Shown in pieces: positions 41,578 to 56,019 of a stretch of DNA of 64,000 bases. Origin of the DNA: Octopus vulgaris (lineage: Eukaryota); assembly GCA_951406725.2 (NCBI GenBank), contig OX597818.1, positions 33,666,001 through 33,730,000 on the forward strand, in the 5' to 3' direction. The notes under the pieces were generated by a model that was given only the letters and a program-made list of their open reading frames with translations, did not search any database and was not told where the DNA came from. Positions within the stretch are counted from its first letter, which is position 1; each line of letters opens with the position of its first letter. The translations under genes and the position numbers were made by a program.

Positions 41578-42377
41578 TTATCGTCACTTAAACATGGCCG
41601 TTTCCCAAGATGACACCTCTTCCAGCTAGTTATTCGATGCAATCTGCACCCGATATATATTTCAAACCAGAAGGTATGGTTTCGACCTCTTTGTGGTCAT
41701 CCTGGGTAGTGGATACTCGTCCGGTAGAGATAGCAGTATTTCACTCCAGCACGGAATTTATAGAGAACAAGTGACACACACAGTCCAGATCTTACAACAA
41801 GCAAATTAGTTAGGTAGAATATCTCTATAAGAGATGAAATACAGAGAAGTGATGTTTATCGCCACTTAAAATGGCTTCTCCAAGAAACCGATGTTACTAC
41901 TACTTTTAACCTAAGGAGGGCGCCTTCTCCAGTTAGTTATTTGATGCAGTCTGCACCCGATACATATTGCAAATAGGGGAGTGAACTCTACCAACTTCCA
42001 GCCACGAGACCGCCAGACCGTACGGTTTCGACGACCTCTTTGTGGTCATAATTGGTAGTGGAAATAGCGCTAGTCAGCACCAGCTCGCAACAAGTGACAT
42101 ACGGTCACTGATCTTGCAATAAGCAATTTAGTTTGTTAGAAAAGAAATCAAAACCGTACGGTGGTCCGGCGGTCTCGTACCTGGGTGTTGGTAGTGGTGC
42201 AATCCCTTGCTTGCAGACTGCATCGAATAACCTGCTTGAGGAGGGATCCTCCTTGGGTTAAAAATAACAGTAACGTCAGTCTCCAGTGAACAGCCATGTT
42301 TAAGTGGCGATACGCATTACGTCTCAATATACTTACTGCTTCCATCTCTTATAGTGTTTCTCTAACTAGGTAATTTG
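41578..42377 (-). mobile_element. Older retrozyme/PLE-like element: two diverged tandem units plus an inverted partial unit, with degenerate HHRs
   Basis: Units start at ~41578 and ~41856, and the inverted copy spans 42148-42377. Minus-strand motifs are GACC-acaaaga-GGTC GAAA (intact at 41667-41712) and GAAA CCGTACGGTC (intact at 42010-42060). Confidence 0.75.
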
Positions 42378-43164
42378 TGTTTTAGATTGTTTCCTAAATA
42401 AGTAGCGAGCTTCTGATGGCAATAATACAACGGAAAACTAATGTCTTCCAATACCATGCACGATCAAGTCTTCTATTGCGTTCACTCATAGTTACAATCA
42501 GCTTATATTTTTACCAGCTTTTGACATGTACATGAAAACATATCTTTTGATTACTCACTGCAATTCCCAGACCCCGCAAACTTTTTCATTCAGGTGTCAT
42601 AATATTCTCCGGATACATCTACACCGATTGTGCTGCTATTTATGCACTGATATTGCACAGCTAGCTACTTGTAATTTTTTTCTAATATTTCAGCTAAAAC
42701 ATTTCTTGTGACTTTTACGTAATTGAAAAGTTAGCATTTTTCCTGTAATTTCTAATGTGCTTTTCGTCTTTGTACAGAAAAATTTTACATTGTAAATTTA
42801 TACAAGTTTCTTGCTTTGGATATGGAATACATTTTAACATTAATCACAAAAATATGCGGTTTAAATGAGGAATATTAACAATTGTTTCTGCCGAAATGCA
42901 AATGAAATTGTCTTCTACAGTTGAATACCTGTATTTGAATTTATAATACTATGTCCTTATTTCTCGACATAATTGAAGACACTTATTATCAAAAGCATGC
43001 TCGGTATAAGCATTGTGTATCTAGGACAATATTAGCTAAACAGTCATCCCCATTCAAGATGTTATGGTGATATATAAAGATAATTTTGCTGCAGATCAAG
43101 CTGCCATACAGATCATTCAATGGCTGGAAGTAGGCGATATTCTAACCTCATATAACTATAATTT

Positions 43165-43690
43165 TAGTTGTTCTAGTTCGAGATTTGCAGCCATGCTTGG
43201 GCGCCATGCTTGGGCGCCACCCTTAGCCTTGTTACACTTTCATTATTTGAAAACCCTCAGACTGACATTTGGTGAATGAGGTAGTTTGATGTTCCTGCCC
43301 TCGTCTGCATTTCCTGCCGAGAGGTGGATTCATCCGGAACTCTTGACAGGACGAGATTCAGTTTTGGTTTGAAGATAACTACATTCACCTCATATAGCTC
43401 TCTCAAGCTTTTTATATGTTTTATATGGTTCTGTATTTCTGATGGCTATTTGGGGATATTTGACAGTATACTGTGGTGTTCGGGTGTTTTTGTGAATTTC
43501 GATGCCAATGTTTGGTACAAGCCCGTCCAGGATTTTCTAGCTGTATATCACTACATATTTCTCCCATCTTTGTTCTAGAGAGAAGAACCTTAACTTTTTT
43601 CTGCCTCTCCTAGTAATTGACATGTCGCATTGAGACATTCTCTGTGTAACTTCGCAAGATAGCTTCGGGTTCCACCGTAAATTTCCCATT
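43165..43690 (-). mobile_element. CR1/L2-type LINE ORF2 3' fragment with 3' tail
   Basis: The minus strand encodes NY*ERQKKLRFFSLEQRWEKYVVIYS*KILDGLVPNIGI...FKPKLNLVLSRVPDESTSRQEMQTRAGTSNYLIHQ, followed by the tail ggtggcgcccaagcatggc. Confidence 0.8.
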
Positions 43691-43693
43691 TAC

Positions 43694-43756
<63 letters not shown>

Positions 43757-44024
43757 TGTGTGTGTGTGTGTACGTGAAGAAAGTGTTCCGAAGGGCCTAA
43801 ATTAAGTGAAGTAAGAGAAAAAAAGACGAAAACTGTCCTTCCCGAAGTCTTAATGCAAGGAGATTCTCCTTTCAAACAGTAATCCTTCTCCTCCCTGATC
43901 TATCGTCTTCCTCACGCACAAACCGTCCCAACTTTAATGTAATTCAGTTAATAAAATGAGTTTACATATTTCTTTTGCATTCTCTTTTCTATAATTGTCA
44001 TTTGTAACTATATCTTTTCTGTTT

Positions 44025-44182
44025 TAAAACCCATGAAAAAATATTGGGGATTCGTTATGCGGGCTGGCACGGATTAATTATATTTTAGTTAATTTCAATG
44101 GAGAAAATTGATTGTAAAACGAGTAAATCCTAAAACGAGCTCGGTCATGGAACGAATTAAACTCGTACTGCAAGGTATCACA

Positions 44183-44186
<4 letters not shown>
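44025..44186 (+). mobile_element. pogo/Tigger-like MITE right-end remnant
   Basis: Ends ...gaacgaattaaactcgtactgcaaggtatcacagTA, resembling Tigger-type termini. Confidence 0.5.
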
Positions 44187-44227
<41 letters not shown>

Positions 44228-44245
44228 ATTTTATTATATAGAAGG

Positions 44246-44296
44246 AGCTTCTACAGGACTAGTACTGTTTCATTCAAGAGAAATCTTCAGGAAGCT
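44246..44296 (-). ncRNA. Type I hammerhead ribozyme (left palindrome end)
   Basis: Minus strand reads AGCUUC|CUGAAGA|uUUC-ucuu-GAAu|GAA ACAG-uacuaguc-CUGU A^GAAGCU. The core is canonical, stem I is 6 bp, stem III is 4 bp and the triplet is GUA. The first stem II pair is a U-U mismatch. Confidence 0.8.
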
Positions 44297-44703
44297 ATTT
44301 AACAAGAATCGTATTAGCATTTATACATTTAGAGGAGTGGTGGTGGGGGACTTTTTGGGGGTAGGCATAGCGCAAAATATCATACTTGGGGGAGTGGTCA
44401 AGGTAATAAAAAAATAAAAAAAAATAAAAAATAAAAAAATAAAAAAATAAAATAATAAAAAGATAAAATAAAAGAATAAAAATAAAAAATATAAAAAATA
44501 TAAAAAATAAAAAATATAAAAAATATAAAAAATATATATAAATATATAAAAAAATATATATATAAAAATATATATATAAAATATATATATAAAAAAAGGG
44601 GGGATAGAGTTATAGGTAAATAAGGAGATTCTCACTTATACCTATACACACATGTATACGTATCTACACACACATACGCACATACACATATATCTACACA
44701 CAC

Positions 44704-44751
<48 letters not shown>

Positions 44752-45210
44752 CCTACACATACACACATACATACATACAAATATACGTATACATACATAT
44801 ATATACAATCCAATACAGGCCCATTCCCTAATTTTAATTTTATTATCTTCATTTATTACTTTTGTTATCTTTGATCGCTAGGGCTAAGAATCCTGGCAAT
44901 AGCTGCTTGTCCGTTTGTCTGTCTACTAGAAGGCAAGTACTCATTCCCGCACGCACACTCATTAGCACGTACATTCACCCATTCGTACACTCATACACAT
45001 ACACGTACGCACGCGTTATATTCATACATACAAACATCTACATACGTTCACGTATATACACATACGTACTCGTACCTACAGATTCGTGTCTACACTTTAG
45101 GAGGCTAGTCTATACATATACACCAATAAATATACATATATATATATATATATATACCCGCATATACATACACACACACACATATATACTCCTACATACA
45201 GATACATACC

Positions 45211-45252
<42 letters not shown>

Positions 45253-45462
45253 TACATATATATATATACATATATACACATACCTACACATACACACATA
45301 CACATACACACACATACATACACATATATATACATACACAAACATATATACACACACATATATATACATACACACATACACACATACATACGTATACATA
45401 CATACATACATCTATACATCCATACTTACATGCATTTATACGCATACACACACCCATCTATA

Positions 45463-45499
<37 letters not shown>

Positions 45500-45790
45500 T
45501 CACACATACATATACAAATCTACGCACACACATACATACATACACGTATACTCATACACGCACATACACATATACATGCGTACCCATACACGTGCACACA
45601 CGCACGCGCATCCATATAAATACACACACACACATATATATATACACACATATATATACACGTGTGCAAGCATACATACATACTCATACGCGCACACATA
45701 CTTACAAATACATATATGCACACACTTACACACATATATATACATACACATATACATGCATACATACATATATGCATACATACACACACG

Positions 45791-45844
<54 letters not shown>

Positions 45845-46466
45845 TACATAGACATACATACACATACATACACATACACATACGTACACACACATATACA
45901 CATATATATATATACATATATATATATATACACATATACACGCATACATATATACACATATACATACATATACATACACACACACATACATATATACATA
46001 TACACTGATACACATACCCATACATACACATGCATATACTTATATTACTACATACTCACATATATAGACATATATACATATACACACATACACATATACA
46101 TGTACATACACATACGCATGCATATATATATATATATACACACACATATATACACATACATATATATATATATATATATAACATACGTACACACACACAC
46201 ACACATACATATACACATATACATGTATACATACGCAAAAATGATACGCATATATACACATACACACACACAGACAGATGCATATACATACATATATATA
46301 TATATATAACTACATATCTATATAAATACAAACATAATACACATATACACACACATATATATACATTCATGCATATACATATACAAGTATACATACACAA
46401 ACATACACACACACGCGCACACATACATATACACACACACATATACAAATACATACATACACACAT

Positions 46467-46505
<39 letters not shown>

Positions 46506-46901
46506 CATACATGTACACATATACATATGTATATATATATCAACAAGGGAGGGTAAAGTTAATTAGTTATTAATCAATTTCATCAAGTGTTCAGTATGTA
46601 AAGGGACCATTATTATTTTGAGTAAACAATGTTAGAGGAAAAAAATTCTCTAAGTAGTGGAAGAGGCTAAAAAACTTTATTGGCTGCTATTTCTAGAAAG
46701 TTTAGTATGTGGCAAAGTAATTTATTTTATTTTCCTAAGCCCTAATTATATAATATTTTATACATACATACACATACATAAGCACATACATTTACACATA
46801 CATATGCATATACATATATACACATATACATACAAACACATATACACATATACACACACACACACATACAAGCACATACATATATATATACATATATATA
46901 C

Positions 46902-46971
<70 letters not shown>

Positions 46972-47336
46972 GCTTGTATGTGTGTGTGTATATGTGTATA
47001 TGTGTTTGTATGTATATGTGTATATATGTATATGCATATGTATGTGTAAATGTATGTGCTTATGTATGTGTATGTATGTATAAAATATTATATAATTAGG
47101 GCTTAGGAAAATAAAATAAATTACTTTGCCACATACTAAACTTTCTAGAAATAGCAGCCAATAAAGTTTTTTAGCCTCTTCCACTACTTAGAGAATTTTT
47201 TTCCCTCTAACATTGTTTACTCAAAATAATAATGGTCCCTTTACATACTGAACACTTGATGAAATTGATTAATAACTAATTAACTTTACCCTCCCTTGTT
47301 GATATATATATACATATGTATGTGTGTACATGTATG

Positions 47337-47369
<33 letters not shown>

Positions 47370-47890
47370 ATGTGTGTATGTATGTATTTGTATATGTGTG
47401 TGTGTATATGTATGTGTGCGTGTGTGTGTATGTTTGTGTATGTATACTTGTATATGTATATGCATGAATGTATATATATGTGTGTGTATATGTGTATTAT
47501 GTTTGTATTTATATAGATATGTAGTTTATATATATATATATATGTATGTATATGCATCTGTCTGTGTGTGTGTATGTGTATATATGCGTATCATTTTTGC
47601 GTATGTATACATGTATATGTGTATATGTATGTGTGTGTGTGTGTGTACGTATGTATATATATATATATATATATGTGTGTATATATGTGTGTGTATATAT
47701 ATATATATGCATGCGTATGTGTATGTACATGTATATATGTATGTGTGTATATGTATATATGTCTATATATGTGAGTATGTAGTAATATAAGTATATGCAT
47801 GTGTATGTATGGGTATGTGTATCAGTGTATATGTATATATGTATGTGTGTGTGTATGTATATGTATGTATATGTGTATATATGTATGCGT

Positions 47891-47932
<42 letters not shown>

Positions 47933-48019
47933 ATATGTGTGTGTGTGTGTATGTGTATGTATGTGTATGTATGTCTATGTATGTATATGTGTGTGTATAT
48001 ATATATATGTGTGTGTGTG

Positions 48020-48059
<40 letters not shown>

Positions 48060-48571
48060 CATATATGTATGTATGCATGTATATGTGTATGTATATATAT
48101 GTGTGTAAGTGTGTGCATATATGTATTTGTAAGTATGTGTGCGCGTATGAGTATGTATGTATGCTTGCACACGTGTATATATATGTGTGTATATATATGT
48201 GTGTGTGTGTATTTATATGGATGCGCGTGCGTGTGTGCACGTGTATGGGTACGCATGTATATGTGTATGTGCGTGTATGAGTATACGTGTATGTATGTAT
48301 GTGTGTGCGTAGATTTGTATATGTATGTGTGAGTGTGTATATATATATATATATATATATACATATATATAGATGGGTGTGTGTATGCGTATAAATGCAT
48401 GTAAGTATGGATGTATAGATGTATGTATGTATACGTATGTATGTGTGTATGTGTGTATGTATATATATGTGTGTGTATATATGTTTGTGTATGTATATAT
48501 ATGTGTATGTATGTGTGTGTATGTGTATGTGTGTATGTGTAGGTATGTGTATATATGTATATATATATGTA

Positions 48572-48613
<42 letters not shown>

Positions 48614-49072
48614 TATGTATCTGTATGTAGGAGTATATATATGTGTGTGTGTGTATGTATATGCGGGTATATATATATATATATATATGTATATTTATTG
48701 GTGTATATGTATAGACTAGCCTCCTAAAGTGTAGACACGAATCTGTAGGTACGAGTACGTATGTGTATATACGTGAACGTATGTAGATGTTTGTATGTAT
48801 GAATATAACGCGTGCGTACGTGTATGTGTATGAGTGTACGAATGGGTGAATGTACGTGCTAATGAGTGTGCGTGCGGGAATGAGTACTTGCCTTCTAGTA
48901 GACAGACAAACGGACAAGCAGCTATTGCCAGGATTCTTAGCCCTAGCGATCAAAGATAACAAAAGTAATAAATGAAGATAATAAAATTAAAATTAGGGAA
49001 TGGGCCTGTATTGGATTGTATATATATGTATGTATACGTATATTTGTATGTATGTATGTGTGTATGTGTAGG

Positions 49073-49127
<55 letters not shown>

Positions 49128-49520
49128 AGATATATGTGTATGTGCGTATGTGTGTGTAGATACGTATACATGTGTGTATAGGTATAAGTGAGAATCTCCT
49201 TATTTACCTATAACTCTATCCCCCCTTTTTTTATATATATATTTTATATATATATTTTTATATATATATTTTTATATATATATATTTTTTTTTATATTTT
49301 TTATATTTTTTATTTTTTATATTTTTTATATTTTTTATTTTTATTCTTTATTTTATCTTTTTATTATTTTATTTTTTTATTTTTTTATTTTTTATTTTTT
49401 TATTTTTTTATTACCTTGACCACTCCCCCAAGTATGATATTTTGCGCTATGCCTACCCCCAAAAAGTCCCCCACCACCACTCCTCTAAATGTATAAATGC
49501 TAATACGATTCTTGTTAAAT

Positions 49521-49571
49521 AGCTTCCTGAAGATTTCTCTTGAATGAAAAAGTACTAGTCCTGTAGAAGCT
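49521..49571 (+). ncRNA. Type I hammerhead ribozyme (right palindrome end; C>A in stem III)
   Basis: agcttc CTGAAGA tttctcttgaat GAAA aagtactagtcctgta gaagct, followed by aataaa. Confidence 0.7.
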
Positions 49572-49637
49572 CCTTCTATATAATAAATTAATTTTACTCT
49601 GCTATGTATTGAGTACCTTACTTACTGTGGTTAACCC

Positions 49638-49788
<151 letters not shown>

Positions 49789-50279
49789 TAAACTTAATTT
49801 ATCTTTATCTTTTTGATGCGAGTCTATACTGTTTTCTTTTTCATCCTTTCACTAATTCCCTTTTTCCTCCCCTTCAAAGTTTTCCATCTCTCTCTCCTTC
49901 GTTCTCCATTTCTCTCTCTCATTGCTCACACGTGACCCTCGTCCATCTTTTTCTTCCTCGCGTCGTCATCTTTCTTTTACTTCAGGATTGTCTTAAGGAC
50001 AGCACGTATCCTATCTCACTTTTCTATCTTTTCTCTTGTGAAAGAAAATATTTCTCCAGCGTTCGCTGGTTTACCCTCGTTCTGGTCTAACAACCCTCCA
50101 TGTTTGCTTTCGTTCAGTTTCTTTATGGGAGCAAGTATTTTCGAAGACTCATATTGTCGTTTAATGTAAATATGTAGGAGTAGATATGTTACTTGTCTTG
50201 TTGTTTCTGTATTGAATCCATTTGCTTTCATATTGCATGTTGTTAACTGTTGGTGACGTCCTGTACCCATATATGCATG

Positions 50280-50322
<43 letters not shown>

Positions 50323-50439
50323 GAGTAAATATACAGTTGTATGAATATTTACACATATTACTAAGCAAGCATACATAAATACATATACATACATGCACAT
50401 ATACATAGGTATATGTAGGTGTATCCATCTATCTATCTA

Positions 50440-50549
<110 letters not shown>

Positions 50550-51386
50550 CATAGATATTGTTTACATATATATACATTTATGGCATGGATAGATTATGAT
50601 GATAAAGAACTGTAGCTCTCTTTACATATACACTATACGTATGTGTACGCCTCTGTGTACGTGTGTGATCCTTGAACATAGGCACGATAGGAAATAACAC
50701 GCGCTCCAAATTTATCGCACATGCACACAAACAAACGATGATCACGTCAACACGTAAACACTACATCACACGAAATTTAACATTCTAACAGTAAATTTCC
50801 AAGACCAAAAATTCTTCATTCCAGAACGTAAATATAGAGATATGCTTGGTTAAGATTTCTACTTTTCCAATAATGCAATTTGCCTACAGAGAACTTTATC
50901 GCTGTGTTCCATAATTATGGCAAGTGCTTCAGATTCGTTACGCATCAACTAATCTATTTTATTCAATTTATTAAGTGTTTCAAAATAGCTATCATTTACA
51001 TAGGGAAGAGTAAATTATGGCTTTACACATCTTCCATATTAACTGCTTTGATATAATTACGTCTCATTTACTTGTTTCTTGGGTATTCCAGTCATGCGCA
51101 GTGATATATGTATATATATTTGTGTGTGTGTGTAGATAAATATATATATGTATATATATATATGTGTGTGTGGGGGGGTGTACATATATACATATAGACA
51201 TATATATATGTATATATGTAGGTATATATGTAGGTATATGTATATATATGAATGAATAGTTGAATATGTACGTATATGCATATATATTGAAAGGGAGAGG
51301 ATGGTAAATTGATAGCTAAATATGCAGAGTGCGAGAGATGCTTTGGTATGCTTGTACATGCAAATTTTTGAATTCATACATAATAT

Positions 51387-51420
<34 letters not shown>

Positions 51421-51607
51421 TGTATGTATCAATCTCCCCTAATATACACAAATAATCTAATGTGCATACATTTACATTTGTGAGTGTGTGTGCGTGCGCG
51501 ATTTATTTGTGGATAGATGACACAGGATTTTAGTTCTATATACGAATATCTCTAAGAATAAAGCGAACTCATTACTTTATACAGAGTAATATTTATTTCA
51601 GGAGTCA

Positions 51608-52780
51608 AGGCGGCGAGCGGGCAGAAACGTTGGTACGCTGGGCGAAATGCTTTGCGGTATTTCGTCTGTCTTTACGTTCTGAGTTCAAAATCGGCTGAGG
51701 ATTACTTTGCTTTTCATCTATTCGGGGTCGATAAATTAAGTACTAGTTACTCACTGGGGTCGATGTAATCGACTTAATCTCTTTGTCTGTCCTTGTTTGT
51801 CCTGTCTGTGTTTCGCCCCATGTGGGCAATAAAGAATTAAGAAAGGTTACCATCTCGAGCGAAATAGTTAACAGCATTTCGTCCGTCTTTACAATCTAAG
51901 TTCAAATTCCGCGGCGGCAGGCTTTACCTTTCATCCCTCCGGGGTCTATAAAAATAAGTACCAGCTGAGCACTGGGATCGATGTAATCGATTTATTCTCT
52001 TCCTCCAAAATGCTGAACGTGTGCCAAAATGTGAGACCAATATTATTTCAGTTTAATATATCTCGGTAGCCAGTAATTTCTTCAAGGGATTTTCAAACAG
52101 AATGTATATTTTGTGAGCTTCAATCTATGTTTTAAAATTTTGACACCAGGTCAATAATTTCATAGGTAGGTTTAGTCAATTACATCGAACCCAGTGATCA
52201 ACTGATACTTATTTTAGTGACTGCGAAAGGATAATAGGCTAAGTCGACCTCGGCGGAATTTGAAGACAGAATGTATATATGAACGAAATGCCGCTAAGAA
52301 TTTTGCTGGGCGTATTAATGACTCTGCCAGCTTGCCACCTTAACTTCAAATCATACTGATGAGAAATGAGGTCTTCTCGCAAGAAAGAAGAAATTCCTGC
52401 TTTACGAGAGGAAGTTAGTGTTGAAGTCTTCTGGCGGCAATGAATCCTTTTGCTTAGCGTTTTGATGGGGAAGATCTACTTCTTAATTTGGAAATGGAGG
52501 TGCGAGTTTGGTGTTGGGGTGTATATATTACTTTGAATACGTAGATACGTTAGATAAAGTAGGGTTTTAGATTGAATGTCGGGATTGTTAAATATGGTAC
52601 AAATATCAAACAATAGAAAGTGGAGAGCTGACAACGTTCTTAGGTCAAATTCCGCTGATATCAACTTTGCTGTTCGTCCTTGCGGAATCGATATAGTGAG
52701 TACTAGTTGAGCACTGAAGTCGATGTAATCGGCTTACCCCATCCTCCCGATCTTACCGGTTTCTCACCGACATTTGAAAC
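51608..52780. mobile_element. Cluster of SINE family D copies (51608-51840 +, ~51865-52045 +, ~52140-52342 -, ~52625-52785 +)
   Basis: Repeated gttcaaattccgcc...gactttgcctttcatcc..ggggtcgataa..aagtaccagt..gcactggggtcgatgtaatcg modules. Confidence 0.8.
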
Positions 52781-53129
52781 CAATATCAAACAATACATAT
52801 AGACACACACATGCGTATATACATATATAGACACATACACACATGCATACACACATGCGTATATACATGATAACACTCAACGACAAGCATGCATATACAA
52901 TCATATATTCACAAATATACGTGAAACAAGCATATAAATACGAGTGTGCTTATATGCAAATATATGGATGTATGTAAACACTGGTATCTATTTTCGTAGA
53001 AATTTATGAAGAAATATATAAACATTATCGTTTACACATACATAGTGTATGTGCTACCGATAATGTTTACATTACCAGAGTTGCTTTTAAATCGTAATTT
53101 ATAGAAATATATATTTACATGTATACACA

Positions 53130-53720
53130 TGCTGAAGATGTCCCTGTCCAAGTATTGTTAAGAAGTGCTTCCATATTTGTAGTTGAAAGGTTCTTTATTA
53201 TCGAAGATGTTTGCAAATTTTATCTATGTAGATAGTTTTCTACTTTGGCTTTCTCTAGTAATGCTGTTTATCTGTGTTGATGTCCAAAGTTACATCTAGG
53301 AATTTGGTTATAGGTAAATTATTGCTAACTTTTACATTTATATCAAACACCTCGAATATAGCAGTGAAAATATTCTTCTCGCTATCTGTACAAGTCGTGG
53401 TTAATAATACTGCATGTGATTGCTAAGCGCCCGTCTCTTGGGAAGGTGTTTTGGAGTTGTTTAAGATTAGTAATTTTACGTTGTCGTTTGCATCAGTACC
53501 ATCATAGCTAGTCGTCGATGAGTTCAACGAATGGCTACTTTCATTTTTGATCCAGTAGGAATCGCTGTGATATATTTGTGTCTCAAATATGTATTATCAG
53601 CTTTTTCAATAGTTGTGGCGAGTTTCTTGCGAAATTCAGGACCTCCAGAAGTGATTTACTCATAGACTGACGAAAGTTTAAGATGTCAAATTAGTTGACG
53701 TTCAAACTCTGCATCTTTGT
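53130..53720 (-). pseudogene. Degenerate Penelope (Poseidon-like) reverse transcriptase fragment
   Basis: Minus-strand remnants in the expected order: FDILNF (FDIVDFYPSI-like), SYWIKNE, SYDG (MGSYDGAE-like) and KFLDVTLDI. Confidence 0.65.
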
Positions 53721-53948
53721 TACAATTCTTTGGGTAAACTCATTGACTATTATGACGTGTGTAGACAAGTCTGGTGTAAAATAGTATTACACAAATAAAT
53801 AGTTAGTTGCGGTTATCTAAAAATAAACTATCGCAGAAATATATGTCAACACAGAACGAACTCCGTACTACTCTAGCGTAGATGCGATACTCAGTATTCG
53901 CTGTTCAACTACCGACTGTTAAACCAACACATGTCGAGCTAACACGGT

Positions 53949-54297
53949 GATGGAAGCACTCCGTCGGTTACAACGACGAGGGTTCCGGTTGATCCGAATC
54001 AACGGAACAGCCTGCTCTTGGAATTAACGTGTAAGTGGCCGAGCAGTCCACAGACACGTGTTCCCTTAACGTAGTTCTCGGTGATATTCAGCGTGACACA
54101 GAGAGTGACAAGGCCGGCCCTTTGAAATACAGGTACAAAAGAAGCAGGAAGTAAGAGTGAGAGAAAATTGTGGTGAAAGAGTACAGCTTTAGGTGTTTTC
54201 GCTCAATAAACACTCACAACGCCCTGTCTGGGAATCGAAACCGCGATCCTATGACCGCGAGTCCGCTGCCCTAACCACTGGGCCATTGCGCCTCCAC
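53949..54297 (-). mobile_element. tRNA-derived SINE with 12-bp TSD
   Basis: Minus-strand head tggaggcgcaatggcccagtggttagggcagcggactcgcgg...ggtttcgattccc. The TSD agctaacacggt lies at 53937-53948 and 54298-54309. Confidence 0.92.
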
Positions 54298-54412
54298 AGC
54301 TAACACGGTAAACCAGCGCGGTCGCACTAATAGCGTCAACTATCCCCCTTGACAGTTCACTCAATTCTTATTTATTGTAATCGATTGGTCCATCTTAAGT
54401 CACGTGGGAGTC

Positions 54413-54762
54413 TTTTACTATTTTAATTGTTTCAGTCATGTGACTGTGGCCATGCCGGAGCACAGCCTTTAGTCGAGCATATAGACTTCAGGACTTATTC
54501 TTTGTAAGCCTAGTACTTATTCTATCGGTCTCTTTTGCCGAGCCGCTAAGTTATGGAGAGGTAAACACACCAGCATCGGTTGTCAAGCGATGTTGGGGGG
54601 GGGGGGGGGCAAACACAAACACACAAACACACACATATATATATATACATATTGTATATAGATGGTAGACGGCTTCTTTCAGTTTCCGTCTACCAAATCC
54701 ACTCACAAGGCTTTGGTCGGCCCGATTCTATAGTAGAAGACACTTGCCCAAGGTGCCACGCG
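54413..54762 (-). mobile_element. SINE family A copy
   Basis: Family body and tail. Confidence 0.88.
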
Positions 54763-54982
54763 GCTTTAACAATTTACCAAACATTACATATACGTCAAAT
54801 GTAAATAACGTAAATAATGTACATAATTCCTCATCTCTTAAATATAGAACTGCATTGCATAATCTTATAGGACATATAACAGTTTGTATCAATAGAATGA
54901 GTCATAACTGATTCCCAATAAATGTACTCCCTATTTGAGTAACGTTTCTGCTGTAAAGATAAACGTGTGCATGCGTGTGTGT

Positions 54983-55357
54983 GGATGGAAGCACTCCGTC
55001 GGTTTCGACGACGAGGGTTCCGGTTGATCCGAATCAACGGAACAGCCTGCTCGTGAAATTAATTTGTAAGTGGCTGAGCACTCCACAGACACGTGTACCC
55101 TTAACGTAGTTCTCGGGGATATTCAGCGTGACACAGAGAGTGACAAGGCCGGCCCTTTGAAATACAAGTACAAGAGAAACAGGAAGTAAGAGTGAGAGAA
55201 AGTTGTGGTGAAAGTGTACAGCAGGGATCACCACCATCCCCTGCCGGAGCCTCGTGGAGCTTTACGTGTTTTCGCTCAGTAAACACTCACAACGCCCGGT
55301 CTGGGAATCGAAACCGCGAGTCCGCTGCCCTAACCACTGGGCCATTGCGCCTCCACT
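54983..55357 (-). mobile_element. tRNA-derived SINE with 12-bp TSD (same family as 53949-54297)
   Basis: The TSD atgcgtgtgtgt lies at 54971-54982 and 55358-55369. The body is highly similar to 53949-54297. Confidence 0.92.
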
Positions 55358-56019
55358 ATGCGTGTGTGTACCCTAAAGGTGGCGGTTAGTAAGAATAGAA
55401 ATGAATCAAACCTCAACTATCGACTGTGGTTATCAACGGAATCAGAACTACATTTCTAAGTGTATCTCTTGGTCCACTAATTACCTTTAATGGTCACCAT
55501 CCAAAATTTTTCGTTTGGATAATCTTATCTAATACAGATGTCTGTTAGCCTGATAGAGCAGACCTATGATCAAAGCCGTTCCAGCTGTAACTACTCCAAA
55601 TTTTTTAATCACTTATCTAATGTGTCTTTCCTGTTATTTGAAGAAAGTTTGGCAGCTATCTCTAAAGATTAAATTTGTTCCCGCAGTCCTTTTTTCAAAT
55701 AAACAGAATTTCGGCATTCAGTGAACATCCACTTATTACACTTAGCTTCAAGCGTTTCTATCTTTTACTAAATCAAAATATAATGAAACACCATCATGGT
55801 ATTCTCATGTATATCTACAGTTGTAAAATTGATGAAAACATGCTTACAGCAACCGTAGGAATATAGACAATTTCGACGTGGTAACGTCCACTTACCATCG
55901 TAACTGATGTAGGAGGACCATTGCATTACACTTCTGTTAAAGTTATCTCCCCTTCTAAACGCAGACGGCTTTCATAATATTCGCTTCATGATATTCACTT
56001 ACCATCGTAACTTACCACT

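Larger units (their letters stand above)
44229..49588. repeat. ~5.4-kb near-perfect palindrome with a (TA)n centre at ~46920
   Basis: Unique blocks pair as reverse complements: 44229-44400 with 49430-49588, 44800-45110 with 48715-49020, and 46540-46760 with 47080-47300. The ORF track is also mirrored (46657+/47184-, 44862+/48962-, 44635-/49188+). Confidence 0.95.

Noticed and set aside
44862-48962. Many long H/T/Y/I- or C/V/M-rich ORFs
   Set aside because: They arise from stop-free TA/CA repeat mosaics and are mirrored because of the palindrome.
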